From: Alphaproteobacteria bacterium
GTDB taxonomy: Bacteria; Pseudomonadota; Alphaproteobacteria; UBA2966
Length of the DNA stretch: 64,000 bases
Direction of reading: 5' to 3'
Assembly: GCA_964291395.2 (NCBI GenBank)
Contig: OZ219856.1
Coordinates: forward strand, 2,464,001-2,528,000
Part shown: positions 18,949-29,857 of the stretch, piece after piece
How positions within the stretch are numbered: the stretch's first letter is position 1
Layout of the letters: each line of letters opens with the position of its first letter
Notes under the pieces: model-generated
Databases searched by the model: none
The model's input: only the letters and a program-made list of their open reading frames with translations
Told to the model about the DNA's origin: nothing
Position numbers and translations under genes: made by a program

Positions 18949-19917
18949 ATGCGCATCTCGGCCAGTACGGCCGTAGCCGCCGGAACGATCGTGGCGCTCG
19001 CGATCGTGCCGCCGATCACGAACGCCCTGCAGGAACCCTTCTATCTCGGCCTCTTTCTCCGGTTGATGATCCTCGCCATCGCCGCCATCAGCCTCAACCT
19101 CATCCTCGGCTTCGGCAACATGGTGAGCTTCGGCCATGCCGCCTACATGGGCATCGGCGCCTACGTCGTCGGCATCGGCACCTTTCACGCCATCGAGGAC
19201 GGCATCGACTGGCTGGCCAACGGCTTTCTGCACGTGCCGCTCGCCGTCGCCGCCTCGTCGCTGGCGGCGCTGGTCATCGGCGCCATCAGCATCCGCACGC
19301 GCGGCGTCTACTTCATCATGATCACACTGGCCTTCGGGCAGATGCTCTACTTCATCGGCGTCGGCCTCGAAGTCTACGGCGCCGACGACGGACTCTCCCT
19401 CTACATGCGGAGCGAATTCGGGGGCGTCCTCGACATCAACGACAACACCCAGTTCTACTACCTCGTCCTCGCCCTGCTGCTCGCCACCCTCTACGGGGTG
19501 AAGCGCCTGGTCGCCTCGCGCTTCGGCCTGGTGATCCGTGGCGCCCGGTCCAACGAGCGCCGCCTCGCCGCGGTCGGCATCCCGGTTTACCGCTACAAGC
19601 TCGTGGCCTTCATGGTGGCCGGCGCGATCTGCGGCGTCGCCGGCGTGCTGCTCGCCAACCGTACGGATTTCGTGAGCCCCGACATGATGCATTGGACCCG
19701 CTCCGGCGACCTCATCATCATGGTCGTACTGGGCGGCATGGGCACCCTGTTCGGCCCCCTCTACGGTGCCGTCGCCTTCCTGCTCGTCGAGGAGTTCCTC
19801 TCCGGCATCACCGAGCACTGGCAGATCGTCTTCGGCCCGTTGCTGGTTCTAGTGGTGATCTACGCCCGCGGCGGCATCGCGGGCGCCGTGCGCACCCTGG
19901 AGCGCCGCCGTGAGTGA
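18949..19917 (+). CDS. ABC permease LivM-like
   Basis: VSFGHAAYMGIG, YFIMITLAFGQ, GGMGTLFGP. Confidence 0.9.
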   Translation: MRISASTAVAAGTIVALAIVPPITNALQEPFYLGLFLRLMILAIAAISLNLILGFGNMVSFGHAAYMGIGAYVVGIGTFHAIEDGIDWLANGFLHVPLAVAASSLAALVIGAISIRTRGVYFIMITLAFGQMLYFIGVGLEVYGADDGLSLYMRSEFGGVLDINDNTQFYYLVLALLLATLYGVKRLVASRFGLVIRGARSNERRLAAVGIPVYRYKLVAFMVAGAICGVAGVLLANRTDFVSPDMMHWTRSGDLIIMVVLGGMGTLFGPLYGAVAFLLVEEFLSGITEHWQIVFGPLLVLVVIYARGGIAGAVRTLERRRE

Positions 19918-20662
19918 GCCGATCCTGCAACTCCGGGACTTGACCAAGCGCTTCGGGGGCCTGATAGCGACAGATTCCGTCACCTTCGACGTCGCCGAGG
20001 GCGAGATCCACGCCGTCATCGGCCCGAACGGCGCCGGCAAGACCACGCTCGTCGGCCAGATCAGCGGCGAGATCCGACCCGACCGGGGCCAGATCCTCTT
20101 CGCCGGCCAGCCGATCACCCGCAGTCCGGTCCACGCCCGCTCGCTGCTCGGTATCGCACGGTCGTTTCAGATCACCAGCGTGTTCCCCGACTTCACAGTG
20201 ACGGCCAACGTGGCTCTCGCCGTCCAGGCCCATGCCGGTCACTCGTTCCGCTTCTGGACGGATGCGACGCGCGACGGCACGCTTCTCGCGCCCGCCGCCC
20301 AATACCTCGAGCTCGTCGGCCTGACCGGCCGGGCCAGCGACGTGGCCGCGACGCTAAGCCACGGCGAGCACCGCCAGCTCGAGCTCGCCATGGCACTGGC
20401 GACGGAACCCAAGCTGCTGCTACTCGACGAACCCACCGCCGGCGTGGGAGGCGACGAGTCCGCCCGCATGGTCGAGCTGCTGCAGAGCTTCAAGGGCCGC
20501 TTCACGATGTTGCTCATCGAGCACGACATGGACGCGGTCTTCGCGCTGGCCGACCGCATCACCGTGCTCGATTCGGGCCGCATCCTGGCGAGCGGCGCGC
20601 CCGGCGAGATCCGTGCCGACCCCGGCGTCCGTCAAGCCTATCTGGGGGACGCGGAGACATGA
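19910..20662 (+). CDS. ABC ATP-binding subunit LivG-like
   Basis: GPNGAGKTT, LSHGEHRQLELA, VRQAYLG. Confidence 0.9.
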   Translation: MSEPILQLRDLTKRFGGLIATDSVTFDVAEGEIHAVIGPNGAGKTTLVGQISGEIRPDRGQILFAGQPITRSPVHARSLLGIARSFQITSVFPDFTVTANVALAVQAHAGHSFRFWTDATRDGTLLAPAAQYLELVGLTGRASDVAATLSHGEHRQLELAMALATEPKLLLLDEPTAGVGGDESARMVELLQSFKGRFTMLLIEHDMDAVFALADRITVLDSGRILASGAPGEIRADPGVRQAYLGDAET

Positions 20663-20890
20663 CGGTCCGGCCTCGCCAGCCAATGGGTGCGCCGCGTTGC
20701 GAACCGATGTATTGAACGAGACGACCTCCCCTTACTTTCCTGCCCCTACGGCGGCTCAAATCGGGCCTGAACCGCCATGGCACGCCCACGCGAACGGATG
20801 GGTGCAAACAATTCGACCGACCACCGACCCTCGCACACGTTGCCAGAAGCCCGCAGCGATACCATAGTCTGGATGTCCGGAGGCCAGCGT

Positions 20891-21360
<470 letters not shown>

Positions 21361-21364
<4 letters not shown>

Positions 21365-23673
21365 ACGAAACCCGGCCGGTCGCCGCCTCGATCGGCGTAC
21401 CCATGCCGCTCGTGGACGGCCCCGACAAAGTCAGCGGACGGGCCCGATTCGCTGCCGACTACGGCTTCCGGCAGACGCTCGTGGGCCGCGTACGTCGGAG
21501 CCCGGCGGCTCATGCCCGTATCAAGCGCATCGACACCTCCAAGGCCGAGACGCTGGCGGGCGTCCGGGCCGTCGTCACCGGCGCCGACGTCGCCGCCTCC
21601 TACGGCGTCCTGCCCATTGCCATGAACGAGCATGCGCTCGCCAAGGATCGAGTGCGGTACCGTGGCGAGCCCGTGGCCGCCGTCGCCGCCGTCGACGTCG
21701 AGACTGCGGCCGAGGCCCTCGACCTGATCGAAATCGAATACGAAGAGCTTCCCGCCTACTTCAACGCCGCCGCGGCCCGCGCCGGCGATGCCCTGCGGCT
21801 CCACGACGACAAGCCTGGCAACATCGAACGCGACGTGCATTTCGAGCTCGGCGACGTGGCAGGGCAGTTCGCCATAGCCGACCTAGTCCGTGAGGAAACC
21901 TACCGCAACGCCGAGGTCTGCCAGGTCCAGAGCGAGCCCCACGCCGTCTTCGCCGAGTATGACGCCGAACGCAACCGCCTGACCGTGCGGCCCAGCACCC
22001 AGGTGCCCTACTACGTCCACCTGATGCTGGCGCGCACCATGAACATGGACCAGTCGCGCATCCGCGTCATCAAGCCCCATATCGGTGGCGGCTTCGGCTG
22101 CCGCACCGAGACCCTGAACACCGAGCTGATCTGCGGTCTGCTCGCGCGCAAGGCGGGCGGCGCCGTGCGCCTGGTGTCGTCCCGCGAGGAAACCTTCGTC
22201 ACCCACCGCGGCCGCCCGGAGACGGACACCCGCCTCAGGATCGGCATGATGAAGGACGGGCGCATCACCGCCGTTGAATGCGAGGTCGTGCAGCGCGGCG
22301 GCGCCTACAGCGGTTATGGCATCGTCACCATCCTCTACGCCGGCTCGTTGATCTACGCCCTCTACGACATCGAGAACGTGAAGTATGACGGCTATCGCGT
22401 GCTGACCAACACGCCGCCGTGCGGCGCCATGCGCGGTCACGGTACGGTCAACACCCGCTTCGCCTTCGAGAGCTTAGTTGATGCGATGGCCCACGAGCTC
22501 GGTCTCGATCCCTTCGAGGTGCGCCGCAAGAACCTCATCCAGGCGCCGACCATAACCGCCAACGATCTCCTGGTGAACAGCTACGGCATCCCGCAATGTC
22601 TTGACTGGACGGAGAAAGCCAGCGGTTGGCGTGAGCGCAAAGGCAAGCTCGGTCCCAACCGCGGTCTCGGCATGGCGTGCTCCCATTATGTCAGCGGCGC
22701 CTCGCGTCCCAAGCACTGGACCGGTGAGCCCCACGCGACGGTCAATTTGAAGGTGGATTTCGACGGCTCCGTCACCATCCTCACCGGGGCCGCGGAAATC
22801 GGCCAGGGCTCGTCTACCGTGCTCGCCCAATGCGTGGCCGAAACTCTCGGCGTGGACTTCGGCCGCATCCGCGTCATCGCCAGCGACAGCGCCATGACAC
22901 CCAAGGACAACGGTTCCTATTCATCCCGCGTGACCTACATGGTCGGCAACGCTGCCATCGAGGCGGCCCAGAAGCTGCGCGGTATCCTCACCGAGGCCGC
23001 AGCCCGCAAGCTCGAGGTCCGGTCCCAAGACGTCGAGTGCCTGGGTGAGACCTATCGCGGCGGCAGCCAGGATCAGGGCCTGACCTTCGAGGACGTCGTC
23101 GGGGAGGCGCTGGTGGACTCCGGCACCATCACCGTGAAGGGCACCTACTCTACCCGGCCCGAATCCCACGGCGGCAAGAAGTACCGCGGCGCCGCCATCG
23201 GCGGCACCATGGCGTTCAGCTATGCGGCCCAGGTGGTCGAAGTCAGCGTCGACCCGGACACGGGCGAGATCACGGTGGAGAAGGTGTGGGTGGCCCACGA
23301 CTGCGGCAAGGCCCTCAATCCCCTTGCCGTCGAAGGCCAAGTGGAGGGCTCGGTGTGGATGGGCCTGGGCCAGGCGATGAGCGAGGAGACCCGTTATCAC
23401 GACGGCCTCGCGATCACCGGCAACATGCTCGACTACCGTGTGCCGACGATCGTCGAGTCGCCGCCGATCGAGGTCGGCCTCATCGAATGTGCCGACCCGT
23501 ATGGCCCGTTCGGCGCCAAGGAAGCGGGGGAAGGATCCCTGTCGGGATTCCTGCCGGCGATGACCAACGCCGTGGCCGACGCCATCGGCGTGCGGGCGAC
23601 GGAATTGCCGCTGACGCCCGAGCGGCTGCTCGGACTGCTGGAAAAGACGGCGCGCGGCCGCGCGGCGGCTTGA
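21361..23673 (+). CDS. hcrA: 4-hydroxybenzoyl-CoA reductase alpha subunit (molybdopterin)
   Basis: Xanthine oxidase family; [36 protein letters not shown]. Confidence 0.88.
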
Positions 23674-23680
23674 CGACACC

Positions 23681-24658
23681 ATGGAGTATCTCCCCACCTT
23701 GCACGTCCATCGACCGACGACGGCGGAAGAAGCTGTCGCCGTGCGGGCCAACCATGCGAGTGCGCGCTACCTCGCGGGCGGCACCGACATGGTCGTTAAT
23801 ATCCGTCGCGGGATCGAACAGCCGGAACATCTCATCGACCTCTCGGACATCGAAGAGCTGGGCAGCATTCAAGCGTCGGCGAACGGCTTCCGCATCGGCG
23901 CGGGCTCGACGTTGAAGGACCTCGCCGACGACCGCGACATCCGCCGGGTATATGCGGCGATCAGCGAGGCCGCTGAGTCGGTCGCGGGACCGACCCACCG
24001 GTCCTACGGAACGGTCGGCGGCAACCTCTGCCTGGACACTCGCTGCCTCTACTACAACCAGAGCGAATGGTGGCGCGACAGCAACGACTTCTGCCTCAAG
24101 CTCAAGGGTGACGTCTGCCACGTCGCGCCCGGCGGTTCGTTCTGCTTCGCGGCGTTCAGCGGCGATCTCGCGCCCGCCCTGATGGTCTACGACGCGGAGG
24201 CCGAGCTGCTCGGGCCGGATGGCTGCCGACGGACGCCTCTTGCCGACCTTTATCGCGGCGACGGTATGGATCATCTGACGCTGAAGGCGGGCGAACTACT
24301 CGTGGCAGTTCACCTGCCGCCACCCGACGGTGACGGCGGGTCGGGCTACGCCAAGTCACGCGTTCGCGGCGCCATCGATTTCCCGCTCGCCGGGGTCGCG
24401 GTACGGTTGGGCCTGAGCTCCGGCAAGGCACGCACGCTTGCCGTGGCGCTGACGGCTGTCGCCCCACGGCCACACCTCGTCGAAGGCTCGGAGGAATTGA
24501 AAGGGCGGCACGTCGACGACGCGTGGCTCGACGACCTGCGGGATCTGGTCAGGGCGCAGGCCTCTCCGATGCGGACGACGACGACCAAGCCCTGGTATCG
24601 GCGCCGTGTCGCCGGCGCCCTCGCCGCCAAGGTCGCCAGGCGAATCGCGGAGGGATGA
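23681..24658 (+). CDS. hcrB: 4-hydroxybenzoyl-CoA reductase beta subunit (FAD, [4Fe-4S])
   Basis: AGGTD; HcrB-type Cys insert TRCLYYNQSEWWR...FCLK...VCHV...FC. Confidence 0.9.
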   Translation: MEYLPTLHVHRPTTAEEAVAVRANHASARYLAGGTDMVVNIRRGIEQPEHLIDLSDIEELGSIQASANGFRIGAGSTLKDLADDRDIRRVYAAISEAAESVAGPTHRSYGTVGGNLCLDTRCLYYNQSEWWRDSNDFCLKLKGDVCHVAPGGSFCFAAFSGDLAPALMVYDAEAELLGPDGCRRTPLADLYRGDGMDHLTLKAGELLVAVHLPPPDGDGGSGYAKSRVRGAIDFPLAGVAVRLGLSSGKARTLAVALTAVAPRPHLVEGSEELKGRHVDDAWLDDLRDLVRAQASPMRTTTTKPWYRRRVAGALAAKVARRIAEG

Positions 24659-24687
24659 GTTCAAGCGATCTTCATTTTGCACAACCC

Positions 24688-25116
24688 TCACTTCACCCAG
24701 GCGCAGCCGCGGTCCCGCGCAAGCGCGCGGGCATAGTCGTCGATCTCGGCGGCGCGCCGATACCACTCACAACCGAGAAGCCCGTATGCCTTGCGTCGGC
24801 TTTCCGACAGACCCTTGTCTGCTGTACGATCCCAGTAGGCGTCGGCCAGCAAAACCGCGGCGATCGTGTTTCCGGCGTAAGCCGCCCACCTATGCCAAGA
24901 CAGACTGAGCGCCGGCTCATCGCCTGCCGCCTCTTGCGCCAACACCAACGCTTCATTGGTCGTGAGGCCTTGCGGCACCGTCCCCGAAAACGCCCGATTG
25001 GCCTCGGTCTCCGACCTCTGCAGGTTCCTGAGAGCTCGCTCGACGGAGATCTCCGCCTCCGTCGGTGCGCCCAACAGGAATACGAGCAATGCCACCCCCA
25101 GCACTGCCCAACTCAC
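24688..25116 (-). CDS. Hypothetical exported protein (possible Sel1-like end)
   Basis: Hydrophobic N-terminus VSWAVLGVALLVFLLGA; EWYRRAAE near the C-terminus; start uncertain. Confidence 0.35.
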   Translation of the reverse strand: MSWAVLGVALLVFLLGAPTEAEISVERALRNLQRSETEANRAFSGTVPQGLTTNEALVLAQEAAGDEPALSLSWHRWAAYAGNTIAAVLLADAYWDRTADKGLSESRRKAYGLLGCEWYRRAAEIDDYARALARDRGCAWVK

Positions 25117-25144
25117 GCGCCGGTTTGCCCGGCGGCGCTTTTTC

Positions 25145-26587
25145 TCATTCGCGATATTGATCGCGCAGAACATTCTTTCTGACCTTGCCCACGGCGGTTT
25201 TCGGCAGCGCGTCAACCAGTTCGACGACGCGTGGCACCTTGTGAGCGCCCAATCGTGCCACGCAGAATTCGAGGATATACCGTTCCAAGGGAAGGGTTTT
25301 CGCCCGACACACCACGTGCGCCGCCGGCACCTCTCCCAATCGGGAATCCGGGATGGCGAATACCGCACATTCCTCGACACCGGGAACCCGATGGATCACG
25401 TTCTCGATCTCTGTCGGGTAGATGTTCGCGCCGCCCGAGATGATGACGTCGCGAGCCCGGTCAACGAGGGTGACGAATCCGTCTTCATCCATCCGCGCGA
25501 TGTCGCCGGTGGCCACCCACCCGTCCCCATACCTGTAGAGTTCTTCTGTTTCCCGGGAAGCGCCCAGATATTCGGTCAGAACGCCCGGACCCCGCACGCA
25601 GAGCTCCCCCGGATCTCCGGGCGCGGCCACCGCGCCGCCCGTGGACATCACACAAACTTCGACGCCGTCGATAGCCCTCCCGACACTTCCCGCCTTGGCC
25701 GGGAGATCCGCCGCGCGCCGGACCGTGACCGAGCCGAGTTCCGACTGACCGTAATTCTCGACGAGCTCGATCCACGGCAACGTTTCGCCTGCCCGATCGA
25801 TTACCGCGGCCGGTATGGGAGCCCCCGCGTGGACGATGCGCCGAAGCGATTTTAGGCGTTCCGGCGAGAACTTCTCATGGTTCAACAGATCGATCAGTTG
25901 CGTCGGCACCATCATCACGGCACTGATCTCGAACCGCTCGGCCAGTTCCATGAACTCGACCGGATTCCAGACGCGCTGCAGCACGCAGGTCGCGCCGATG
26001 GAGATCGCCGGCTGAAACCACACCAGGAGTCCGGCCACATGGAACAGAGGCGTCACGGCGCAAGTGACATCATCCGGCGAGAGGTCAAAGCTACGCGCGA
26101 TCGCGTTCGCCATGCCGCAACGCGACCCGTGGCTGACCAGAACACCTTTGGGCGCACCCGTGGTGCCGCCCGAGTACGTCACACACAACGGATGATCGGC
26201 CGAGAGTCGGGGAAAATTCACGTCGAGCACCGACGGCTCCAGAAATTCGTCGAGTCCGCCGACGAGAACAACCCGTTCCACTTCGTGTCCCGCGGCTTCG
26301 CAAGCGGCCTGGGCCGTAGCGCTCGAGGCATCGTCGTGAAAGAGCAGCCGGGCCTTGGTCTGGGCCAGGACGGTCGCAACCTCCTCTGATGTGCTCCGGA
26401 CCGACATGTGCGCGGGAATCACCCCCGCCCGCGCTGCGCCGAAATGCAGCGCGGCATATTCCGGGCAGTTCCGGCTGAGGACTCCCACGAAGGTTCCGCG
26501 TGCGATCCCGGCCCTCAGCAATGATGCCCCGAAGCGATCGGCGATGGCTTCAAGTTCGGCGTAACCGATCGTTCGATCAAGGCTCAC
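25145..26587 (-). CDS. Acyl-CoA synthetase (AMP-forming)
   Basis: YSGGTTGAPKG, YGQSE, TGD, DRARDVIISGG, LPKTAVGK. Confidence 0.9.
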   Translation of the reverse strand: MSLDRTIGYAELEAIADRFGASLLRAGIARGTFVGVLSRNCPEYAALHFGAARAGVIPAHMSVRSTSEEVATVLAQTKARLLFHDDASSATAQAACEAAGHEVERVVLVGGLDEFLEPSVLDVNFPRLSADHPLCVTYSGGTTGAPKGVLVSHGSRCGMANAIARSFDLSPDDVTCAVTPLFHVAGLLVWFQPAISIGATCVLQRVWNPVEFMELAERFEISAVMMVPTQLIDLLNHEKFSPERLKSLRRIVHAGAPIPAAVIDRAGETLPWIELVENYGQSELGSVTVRRAADLPAKAGSVGRAIDGVEVCVMSTGGAVAAPGDPGELCVRGPGVLTEYLGASRETEELYRYGDGWVATGDIARMDEDGFVTLVDRARDVIISGGANIYPTEIENVIHRVPGVEECAVFAIPDSRLGEVPAAHVVCRAKTLPLERYILEFCVARLGAHKVPRVVELVDALPKTAVGKVRKNVLRDQYRE

Positions 26588-26695
26588 GACGGCCGCCTTT
26601 CCCGAAGCTCGGGCTGCGGCTTGGGAAAGAAGTTCGCTCGCGAGAATGACGGGCTATCCGGCGGCGTGAAAGACGGTGATATCGGGTTCGTGTGC

Positions 26696-27310
26696 CTATT
26701 TGCAACGCCGAACGACGCGTAGCGGCGGGGGTTCCCCGTCCCGGGGTTCTCCCCAGCGCCGCGCCAACCCGGCATCGATATCGAACAAGTCCAATGCACG
26801 CCCTACGGTGTGATCGACGATGTCATCGACCGTTTCCGGACGGGCGTAAAAAGCCGGCACGGGCGGCATGATCACGGCGCCGATTTCGCTGAGCGCCAAC
26901 ATGGTGCGGAGGTGGCCCGTGTGAAGCGGCGTCTCCCGCACGAGCAGGACAAGCCGCCGCCGTTCCTTCAGCGTGACGTCGGCGGACCGGGTCAAGAGGT
27001 TGGACGTCGCGCCCGTGGCGATCGCGGACATGGATCGAATGGAGCAAGGCGCGATGATCATGCCGTGCGCCGGAAAGGAACCGCTGGCCGTGGCCGCCCC
27101 GATGTCCTTCACGGAATAGCTCACATCTGCAAGCGCCCGGACGTCGGCGACCTTGCCGCCGGTTTCGTGCGCGAGGGTCACTTCGGCGGACTGGCTCATG
27201 ATGAGATGAGTTTCGACCGCAAGCGGCCTCAATGCCTCCAGCAGCCGGACGCCGAACACGGTGCCGGATGCACCGCTTATTCCAACGATAAGCCGTTTCG
27301 GTTGCGACAT
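26696..27310 (-). CDS. ubiX: Flavin prenyltransferase
   Basis: GISGASG, ASGSF, IAPCS, LKERRRLVLLVRETP, PPVPAFY. Confidence 0.93.
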   Translation of the reverse strand: MSQPKRLIVGISGASGTVFGVRLLEALRPLAVETHLIMSQSAEVTLAHETGGKVADVRALADVSYSVKDIGAATASGSFPAHGMIIAPCSIRSMSAIATGATSNLLTRSADVTLKERRRLVLLVRETPLHTGHLRTMLALSEIGAVIMPPVPAFYARPETVDDIVDHTVGRALDLFDIDAGLARRWGEPRDGEPPPLRVVRRCK

Positions 27311-27428
27311 CCGCAGTTTCGACCCCTCGCTTCTCCCAAGCTCCGATGGCGGCCCAGGAGCAGGCGGCAAACCATATCCCCGGCCGGTCGCTCCGGGCAA
27401 CCGGCACACAGGGCCGCTGCCCTATTCC

Positions 27429-28739
27429 TCAACCGTCCTGGGAAAGCGCCCCCAACATCTCGTCGATGGAGACGAACTTGCGCCGAGGGGCACCTCGGGG
27501 CGCGTTGGCGATCTCGATCGCCTCGATCGACTTCCAGTCGTCGAAACTGACCCGCCGTATCCGGCGCTCGGCCAGGAGCGACTCCAATCCCGCGCGACCG
27601 GACTTGCCGCCTTCCCGAATGTTCTCGACGATCTGGCCGACCACCGTGACCGCATCATTCCGGTTGGTCGAGATCACGCCGGTCGAACCGCGCATGACCC
27701 AGCCCACGGCATAGACGTTGTCCTCGACCCAACCATCTTGATTGACGACGATCCCCTGCTTGTCGTCAAAGGGCACGCCATCCACGGCTTCGGACCGTGA
27801 ACCGATGGCGGCGACAACCAGACCGCAGGGGATCTCGAAATGCTCACCGGTTCCGACCGTGCGTCCGTCCTCCAGCCGCGTCCGTTCGAATTTCACCACC
27901 TCGACCCGTCCGTCCCCCAGGATCTCCACCGGTGACGAGAAGAACCGAAAGTGGACACGCTTGGCCTTCGCTTCTGGATCCATCTCAGTGAACCCACGCA
28001 ACGTCCCCAGATTCTTTTCGCGCAGGCGGCGGTCGCGGTCCGACCAGTCTCCTCCGACCTCGTCGGGCAAGATGCCGGGATCAACGACGGGCGCGCAGAT
28101 CTCCAGTTCACCCATCTCGCGTAACTCGACGTTCGTGAACTTCGCCTCGACAGGCCCGCGCCGACCGCACATGTGGACCTCCGTCAGGGGCGAATCCTGT
28201 ATCGCGCTGACCGCGTATTCCGGCAGATCCGAGTGAGCCATTTCCTCGGCCGTCTTGACGAGCACGCGGGCCACGTCGATGGCGACGTTGCCGTTGCCGA
28301 CGATCACGGCATCAGTAGCGTCGAGATCGGGATCGAGATCCCGGCAATCGGGATGCCCGTTGTACCAGTTGACGAATTCCACGGAACCGTAAACGCCGTC
28401 GAGATCCTCCCCAGGGATACCGAGCCGCTTGTCCAGGCGTGCACCCACCGCCAGGACCACGACGTCGTACAAGGATTTCAGCTCGCCCAGGGTGATATCG
28501 CGACCGAGTTCCACGTTCCCGAAATACTGAACCTCCTCCCGTGTCGCCGTCTTTTCGAAGGCGCGTGACACGTTCTTGGTCGTTTGGTGATCCGGCGCCA
28601 CGCCGTAACGGATCAATCCGTAAGGCGCAGGGATCCTGTCGACGATATCGATCTCATAGCTCTGTCCGGTCTTCAGGAGGACATCCGCCGTGTAAAACCC
28701 GCTGGGCCCCGCCCCGATGATAGCTACAGATACCGTCAT
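27429..28739 (-). CDS. Ferredoxin-NADP+ reductase, adrenodoxin-reductase/FprA type
   Basis: GAGPSGFY, GLIRYGVAPDH, GNGNVAIDVAR, GRRGP. Confidence 0.9.
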   Translation of the reverse strand: MTVSVAIIGAGPSGFYTADVLLKTGQSYEIDIVDRIPAPYGLIRYGVAPDHQTTKNVSRAFEKTATREEVQYFGNVELGRDITLGELKSLYDVVVLAVGARLDKRLGIPGEDLDGVYGSVEFVNWYNGHPDCRDLDPDLDATDAVIVGNGNVAIDVARVLVKTAEEMAHSDLPEYAVSAIQDSPLTEVHMCGRRGPVEAKFTNVELREMGELEICAPVVDPGILPDEVGGDWSDRDRRLREKNLGTLRGFTEMDPEAKAKRVHFRFFSSPVEILGDGRVEVVKFERTRLEDGRTVGTGEHFEIPCGLVVAAIGSRSEAVDGVPFDDKQGIVVNQDGWVEDNVYAVGWVMRGSTGVISTNRNDAVTVVGQIVENIREGGKSGRAGLESLLAERRIRRVSFDDWKSIEAIEIANAPRGAPRRKFVSIDEMLGALSQDG

Positions 28740-28833
28740 GACCCCACGTGCTCGCTCGTCAGGCTGAAGTTCCGGTCGAAGGTGATAACCGTCGATACGT
28801 CAGGCGATCGCGAACCGCGATGCCCTCGAGGAG

Positions 28834-29856
28834 CTAGACCGTCCAGGTGTGACCCCGGCGCAGATACTCGTTCAGATCCGCATCGGGGATGCGATCCTTG
28901 GCTTCCTGCACCTGTGCCAGGACGTTGTCATCATAGGTCTCTGCCGGACTGCAATACAGCACGCCCAGCGCCACGGGATCGTCGGGCGGCTCCATGCTCG
29001 CAAGCATTCTGGCAAGCGTCGGATTGGTCTCGTCGTGCACCATGATGTCGGACTCGGTGACGCCGTCCTCGCCGATGGTGACGACATCCAGAGACATGGT
29101 GCCGGGATTGACCTTCAGGCCCTTGTCCAGGTTTGCGCCGAAGATTAGCGGCTCGCCGTGGGCCACGTGAATCTGCCGGTCGGGGGCGACATCCTTGGCT
29201 GTGAACTCGGCGAACACGTCGTCATTGTAGACGATGCAGTTCTGCAGGATTTCGACGAACGACGTTCCCTGGTGCTCGTGCGCCCGACGGAAGACTTCGG
29301 GCAGATGCTTCTGCTGAGTATCAACGGAACGGGCGACGAACCGGGCACCGGCACCGAGCGCCAGTTCGCAGGCCGAGACAGGGCTTTCCACCGATCCTAG
29401 GGGCGTCGACGGTGAACGGGTGCCGACTCTCGAAGTGGGCGAGTACTGCCCCTTGGTCAGGCCGTAGATCTCATTGTTGAACAACAGGAACTGCAGGTTG
29501 ACGTTGCGCCGCAACAGATGGAGAAGATGATTCCCGCCGATCGACAGGGCATCGCCGTCGCCCGACGCCACCCAGATGTCGAGGCCGGGATTGGCGAGTT
29601 TGATGCCGGTCGAGATGGCCGCCGCGCGACCGTGGATCGTGTGAAAACCGTAGGTCGACATGTAGTACGGGAACCGGGCGGCACAGCCGATCCCCGACAC
29701 GAACACCGTCGACTCCCGCTTGGCGCCGATATCGGCCAGAGTCTTCTGCATCGCCTTGATGATGGCGTAATCACCACAGCCGGGACACCATCGAACTTCC
29801 TGGTCGGACGCGAAGTCCTTCGGCTTGAGCGGCTCGATTTTTGCTTCGACGTTCAT
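28834..29856 (-). CDS. korB: 2-oxoacid (2-oxoglutarate):ferredoxin oxidoreductase beta subunit
   Basis: WCPGCGD, SGIGC, GDGD, NNEIYGLTKGQYSPT. Confidence 0.9.
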   Translation of the reverse strand: MNVEAKIEPLKPKDFASDQEVRWCPGCGDYAIIKAMQKTLADIGAKRESTVFVSGIGCAARFPYYMSTYGFHTIHGRAAAISTGIKLANPGLDIWVASGDGDALSIGGNHLLHLLRRNVNLQFLLFNNEIYGLTKGQYSPTSRVGTRSPSTPLGSVESPVSACELALGAGARFVARSVDTQQKHLPEVFRRAHEHQGTSFVEILQNCIVYNDDVFAEFTAKDVAPDRQIHVAHGEPLIFGANLDKGLKVNPGTMSLDVVTIGEDGVTESDIMVHDETNPTLARMLASMEPPDDPVALGVLYCSPAETYDDNVLAQVQEAKDRIPDADLNEYLRRGHTWTV

Positions 29857-29857
29857 G

